NCBI GenBank assembly: GCA_965250285.1
Contig: OZ252299.1
Span: 2,176,001-2,240,000 of the forward strand
From: Myxococcota bacterium
GTDB taxonomy: Bacteria; Myxococcota_A; UBA9160; UBA4427
Reading direction: 5' to 3'
DNA length: 64,000 bases
Made by a program: the position numbers and the translations under genes. Below, piece after piece: positions 60,818-64,000 of the stretch (positions are counted from its first letter, which is position 1; every line of letters begins with the position of its first letter). The notes beneath the pieces are model-generated. The model saw nothing but the letters and a program-made list of their open reading frames with translations, was not told the DNA's origin and made no database searches.

Positions 60818-60853
60818 CGATTGCTCCTTCTTCGCGTCCGGTGTCGAGTGTAG

Positions 60854-61888
60854 TCAGTCTTCGATCGCGTCGATCAGACCGAGCGAGAGCGCTTCGGTCG
60901 CGTCGATCGTCCCACCGATCAGCGCCAGTTTCGCCGTCGCATGGCGGCCGATGCGCCGAGGCAGGCTGGCCGTGCCCCCGGCGCCGGGCACGAGCCCCAT
61001 CGAGAGCTCGGGCAGACCGAAGCGTGCATCCGGCGCGGCCGAAACGAAGCCGGCGAACGCGGGCAGCTCGACGCCGGCACCGAGACAGGCGCCATGCACG
61101 CGCACGCGCAGCCGGTCGGCCAGCTCGGCGAAGCGCCGCGCCGGGCTGCGGGTGGTGCGGATCAGGTGCGCGTTCGCGGTGTCCGAGAACGCACCGAACT
61201 CGTCGAGATCGCCGCCGCTGCAGAACGAGGCGCCGCGTCCACAGACGTGCACCGTCTCGATCGCGTCGTCGAAGCGCGCGACGTCGAGCGCCTCGCAGAG
61301 CGCGTCGCGCAGAGAAAGCGAGAGCGCATTGTGTCGGTCGGGTCGATTCAGCTCGAGGCACAGCGTCGCCCCGTCGCGCGACGCGACGACCGCGCCTTCG
61401 GGCGGATCCGGCGGAATCGCCCGCACCGGCCGCTCGGCGCGCCAGCGCGTGAACTCGGGCCCGCCCTGCAGGGTCGAGTACGCGAGCGACTCGGCGACGA
61501 GGTCTTCTTCGACGCTGCGCGCGAGGGAGCCCCGCAGCAGCTGCACGAGCGCGGTCGACGCGATCGGATTCGAAGCGAGCGTCGCGCGCACCGCCTCGAG
61601 CTCGGCCGCGCTCGTCACGCTCAGGTCGAAGGCGCGCAGGGGCGCCGTCCACTCAGCGGCGCCCTCCCCCTGCACCAGCGCCACGGTGACGCAGGCGAGC
61701 GAAGGCAGTCGGTCGAGTCCGAGGCGAGCCCGAGCGGCGTCGAGCCGGGGCGTCGGCCCACCTTCGAGGGGCCAATCGACGACGAGCAGCGGCGCGCCGT
61801 TCGCCGTGGCGAAGCGCTCGTGGGCGTCGGGGGATGCGAGCGCGTCCAGCGCTTCACCGAGCGAGAAGATCTCGGGCTCGGCGCCCAA
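60854..61888 (-). CDS. Crotonase-family protein with an atypical N-terminal extension
   Basis: LNRPDRHNAL, FCSGGDL, GAGVE, LPELSMGLVPGAGG in the C-terminal about 200 aa; the usual C-terminal helical domain is missing. Confidence 0.82.
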   Translation of the reverse strand: MGAEPEIFSLGEALDALASPDAHERFATANGAPLLVVDWPLEGGPTPRLDAARARLGLDRLPSLACVTVALVQGEGAAEWTAPLRAFDLSVTSAAELEAVRATLASNPIASTALVQLLRGSLARSVEEDLVAESLAYSTLQGGPEFTRWRAERPVRAIPPDPPEGAVVASRDGATLCLELNRPDRHNALSLSLRDALCEALDVARFDDAIETVHVCGRGASFCSGGDLDEFGAFSDTANAHLIRTTRSPARRFAELADRLRVRVHGACLGAGVELPAFAGFVSAAPDARFGLPELSMGLVPGAGGTASLPRRIGRHATAKLALIGGTIDATEALSLGLIDAIED

Positions 61889-61892
61889 GCGC

Positions 61893-63410
61893 TCAGCCGG
61901 AGGACGCGATGAGATCGGCGCGCACCTTGCGGCGCAGCAGCTTGCCGGTCTCGTTGTAGGGCAGCTCGTCGACGAACTCGATGCGCTCGGGCACGCGCGA
62001 AGAGCGCAGACGATCCTTCACCCACTGCTGCAGCTCGGCCACGGTCGGCGGCGGCGCGTCGCCGGCGTGCACCACGTGCGCAGCGACGGCTTCGCCCCAC
62101 TGTTCGTCGGGCACGCCGACCACGGCAGCATCACCGATGCCCGGGTGCTCGAGCATCACGTCTTCGATCTCGCCAGGCGACATGTTCTCGCCGCCGCGCA
62201 CGATGATGTCGTCGACCCGTCCTTCGAGGAAGAGATAGCCGTCGGCGTCGAGCGAGCCCCCATCGCGGGTCGGGAACCAGCCCTCGTCGTCGAGCAGCGT
62301 GCCCTTGCCGAGGTACTCGCCCGACACCTGCTCCCCACGCACGAAGATCTCGCCGCGTTCGTTCGGCCCGAGCGCATTGCCCTCGCCGTCCCGGATCTCG
62401 ACCTCGACGGTCGGCAGCGGCTGCCCCACCGACACGAGGCGACGGCGCACCGCCGGGTCGTCGCTCGCCATCGCGGCGCGGTGGTCGTCGGGGCCGAGCA
62501 GCGAAATCGTCGAGCTCGTCTCGGTCAGCCCGTACGCGTTGGTGAAATGCGTATCGGGGAAGAGCGTCATGGCCCGCTCGATCACGGCTTGCGGCATCTT
62601 GCCGCCGCCGTAGGCGATCGCACCGACGGGCGGCCCTTCGCCGGGCGCCGCGCCCGAGAGCGCATCATCGACGATGCGCTGCAGCATCGTCGGCACGACG
62701 AAGGCGTTCGTCACCCGCTCGCTGCGCGCCAGCTCGACCCAGTGGCCGGCGTCGAAGTTCGCGAGCTGCACGATGCGGCGGCCCGAGTAGATCGAGCTCG
62801 CGAGCGCCGCCATGCCGGCGATGTGATACGGAGGCACCGAGACGAGCGTCGCTTCGGCCTCGTCGGCCGCGCCGTACTCGACCGTCGTCAAGATGTACGA
62901 CACGAGATGCTTGTGCCGCAGCACGGCCGCCTTGGGCGGGCCCGTCGTGCCGCTCGTGAAGAGCAGGATCGCGATCTCGTCGGGATCCATGCCCCACGCA
63001 TCGGGCTCGGGCGGCCCTTCGGCCTGCTGCGCGTGCACCAGGAAGTCGTCGCGCGAGATCACCTCGATGCCCGGACGACCCGAGAGTTCGTCGACGCGCT
63101 CGGGCGACACGACGACGATCGCCGGCGTGATGCGCTCGAACAGGTTGTCGAGCTCCTCGCCGGTCAGCCGGTAGTTGAGCGGCACGAAGGGGACACCCGC
63201 ACAGCCCGCCGCGAAGAGCGCGACGGGCAGGGCCGGCGTACTCACGTCGAGCATCGCGAGGTGCTTCGCGTCGGAGCTCTTCACCCGGTCGGCCGCAGCG
63301 CCGGCCGCCTCGAAGAGCTGCTGATAGGTGAGCGCGACGTCCTCGTTCTGGACGGCGCGGCGATCCCCGAAACCCGAGGCCGCCATCTCGAGCAGCATCA
63401 TCACGTTCAT
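61893..63410 (-). CDS. AMP-dependent (ANL) ligase/synthetase
   Basis: FTSGTTGPPK, AYGLTE, RGGENMSP, TGKLLRR. Confidence 0.93.
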   Translation of the reverse strand: MNVMMLLEMAASGFGDRRAVQNEDVALTYQQLFEAAGAAADRVKSSDAKHLAMLDVSTPALPVALFAAGCAGVPFVPLNYRLTGEELDNLFERITPAIVVVSPERVDELSGRPGIEVISRDDFLVHAQQAEGPPEPDAWGMDPDEIAILLFTSGTTGPPKAAVLRHKHLVSYILTTVEYGAADEAEATLVSVPPYHIAGMAALASSIYSGRRIVQLANFDAGHWVELARSERVTNAFVVPTMLQRIVDDALSGAAPGEGPPVGAIAYGGGKMPQAVIERAMTLFPDTHFTNAYGLTETSSTISLLGPDDHRAAMASDDPAVRRRLVSVGQPLPTVEVEIRDGEGNALGPNERGEIFVRGEQVSGEYLGKGTLLDDEGWFPTRDGGSLDADGYLFLEGRVDDIIVRGGENMSPGEIEDVMLEHPGIGDAAVVGVPDEQWGEAVAAHVVHAGDAPPPTVAELQQWVKDRLRSSRVPERIEFVDELPYNETGKLLRRKVRADLIASSG

Positions 63411-63438
63411 CGGTCGGACTCTCTCGCGTTCGGTCGGA

Positions 63439-63750
63439 TCAGTCGGACGAAGGAAGCGGCTTCGCGCCCTTCACCTCGAGCACGGTATCGCCCACCGACA
63501 GCGAACCATCGCCGGGCTTCGAGACGAGCAGCTCGAGGTCGCCGGCCTCGTTGACATAGCGCTTGCCCATCTGCGTGCCGGCATCGTGGGGCGCAGCCGG
63601 ACTCGCCGACTCATCACGCTGCTCGGTGATCGGGAGGAGCGCCTCGCCCCCGCATCGCGCATCCACGTCGTCCTTGGGAGCCGCCACCACCATCACCTCG
63701 GTGGCGCACACGGCGCTTCGAAGACGCGTGCCGGGCTTGAGAACCGCCAT
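63439..63750 (-). CDS. Small hypothetical protein with a tandem desulforedoxin-like ribbon and C-terminal KPLPSSD
   Basis: GGAGG RBS; two related halves (KPGTRLRSAVCATEVMVV...CGG and MGKRYVNEAGDLELLVSKPGDG); first gene of the ligase operon. Confidence 0.82.
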   Translation of the reverse strand: MAVLKPGTRLRSAVCATEVMVVAAPKDDVDARCGGEALLPITEQRDESASPAAPHDAGTQMGKRYVNEAGDLELLVSKPGDGSLSVGDTVLEVKGAKPLPSSD

Positions 63751-64000
63751 CGATCGAATCCTCCAATGGGTTCGCTGTGTCGTTCGGGTCGACCCGGCAC
63801 CGAAGGGCGCTCGGGCAGGGCCTCGAGAGACCTGCGATCATAGCCACATCGCCGACCGTGAGTCACGAATCGAAGCGGTTCGACGCCCGACCCCCGCGCC
63901 GCCGATCGCGAAGAATTCGCAGCGATGCGCGCGTTCGGCCGTCGCCGGAGAGAGCACGCCTCGTGTCGCCTCGTTCCATCGAAAATGCGCCGCATGGCCG

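Noticed and set aside
5228..63554. Many long Arg/Ala/Pro-rich alternative-frame ORFs (e.g. 5228-7636 +, 12101-15523 -, 56082-58718 +, 60585-63554 +)
   Set aside because: Typical stop-poor shadow frames of about 70% GC DNA; they overlap genes with clear family motifs and have none themselves.
1..64000. Mobile elements, prophage, defence island, rRNA/tRNA genes
   Set aside because: I recognised no integrase, transposase, phage structural or known defence genes, and no tRNA/rRNA signatures; composition looks uniform apart from short regulatory patches.

Overview
High-GC (about 70%) bacterial chromosomal window, densely coding, with about 50 genes. It comes from a diderm organism (TonB receptor, autotransporter, outer-membrane barrels, PEP-CTERM protein); gene content suggests a Myxococcota/deltaproteobacterial-type lineage, which is an inference. 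I saw no rRNA, tRNA, CRISPR array, transposase or phage genes. 0-5 kb: SAM methyltransferase, dienelactone hydrolase and a PEP-CTERM / TPR-Slam-like barrel / FecR-domain operon. 5-18 kb: L,D-transpeptidase, an S4/pseudo-RluA/RlmI-K fusion, an orphan receiver domain, an esterase coupled to an apparently catalytically dead CCA-adding-enzyme paralogue, SWIM-SNF2 helicase, DnaJ-class chaperone and others. 18-64 kb: mostly lipid/steroid-type CoA catabolism (FadE26/FadE27-like pair behind a perfect KstR-type operator, acyl-CoA ligases, crotonases, CoA-transferases III, LLM/F420-type enzymes, S1P-lyase-like enzyme), interleaved with long-form GAPDH, pheST, a TonB receptor, an attenuator-preceded YkuK RNase H-like gene, an autotransporter and PPi-type PFK. 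Best leads: (1) the small ribbon-fold protein ending in KPLPSSD that heads an adenylation-enzyme operon, a candidate new carrier-protein system; (2) two RNA-enzyme pseudoenzymes within 6 kb; (3) an actinobacterial-style KstR box plus ChsE4/E5-like genes in a diderm; (4) the PEP-CTERM/Slam-like/FecR export locus; (5) the long structured ykuK leader; (6) recurrent tandem repeats at gene 3' ends. All family assignments come from motifs read by eye; no database search was run.
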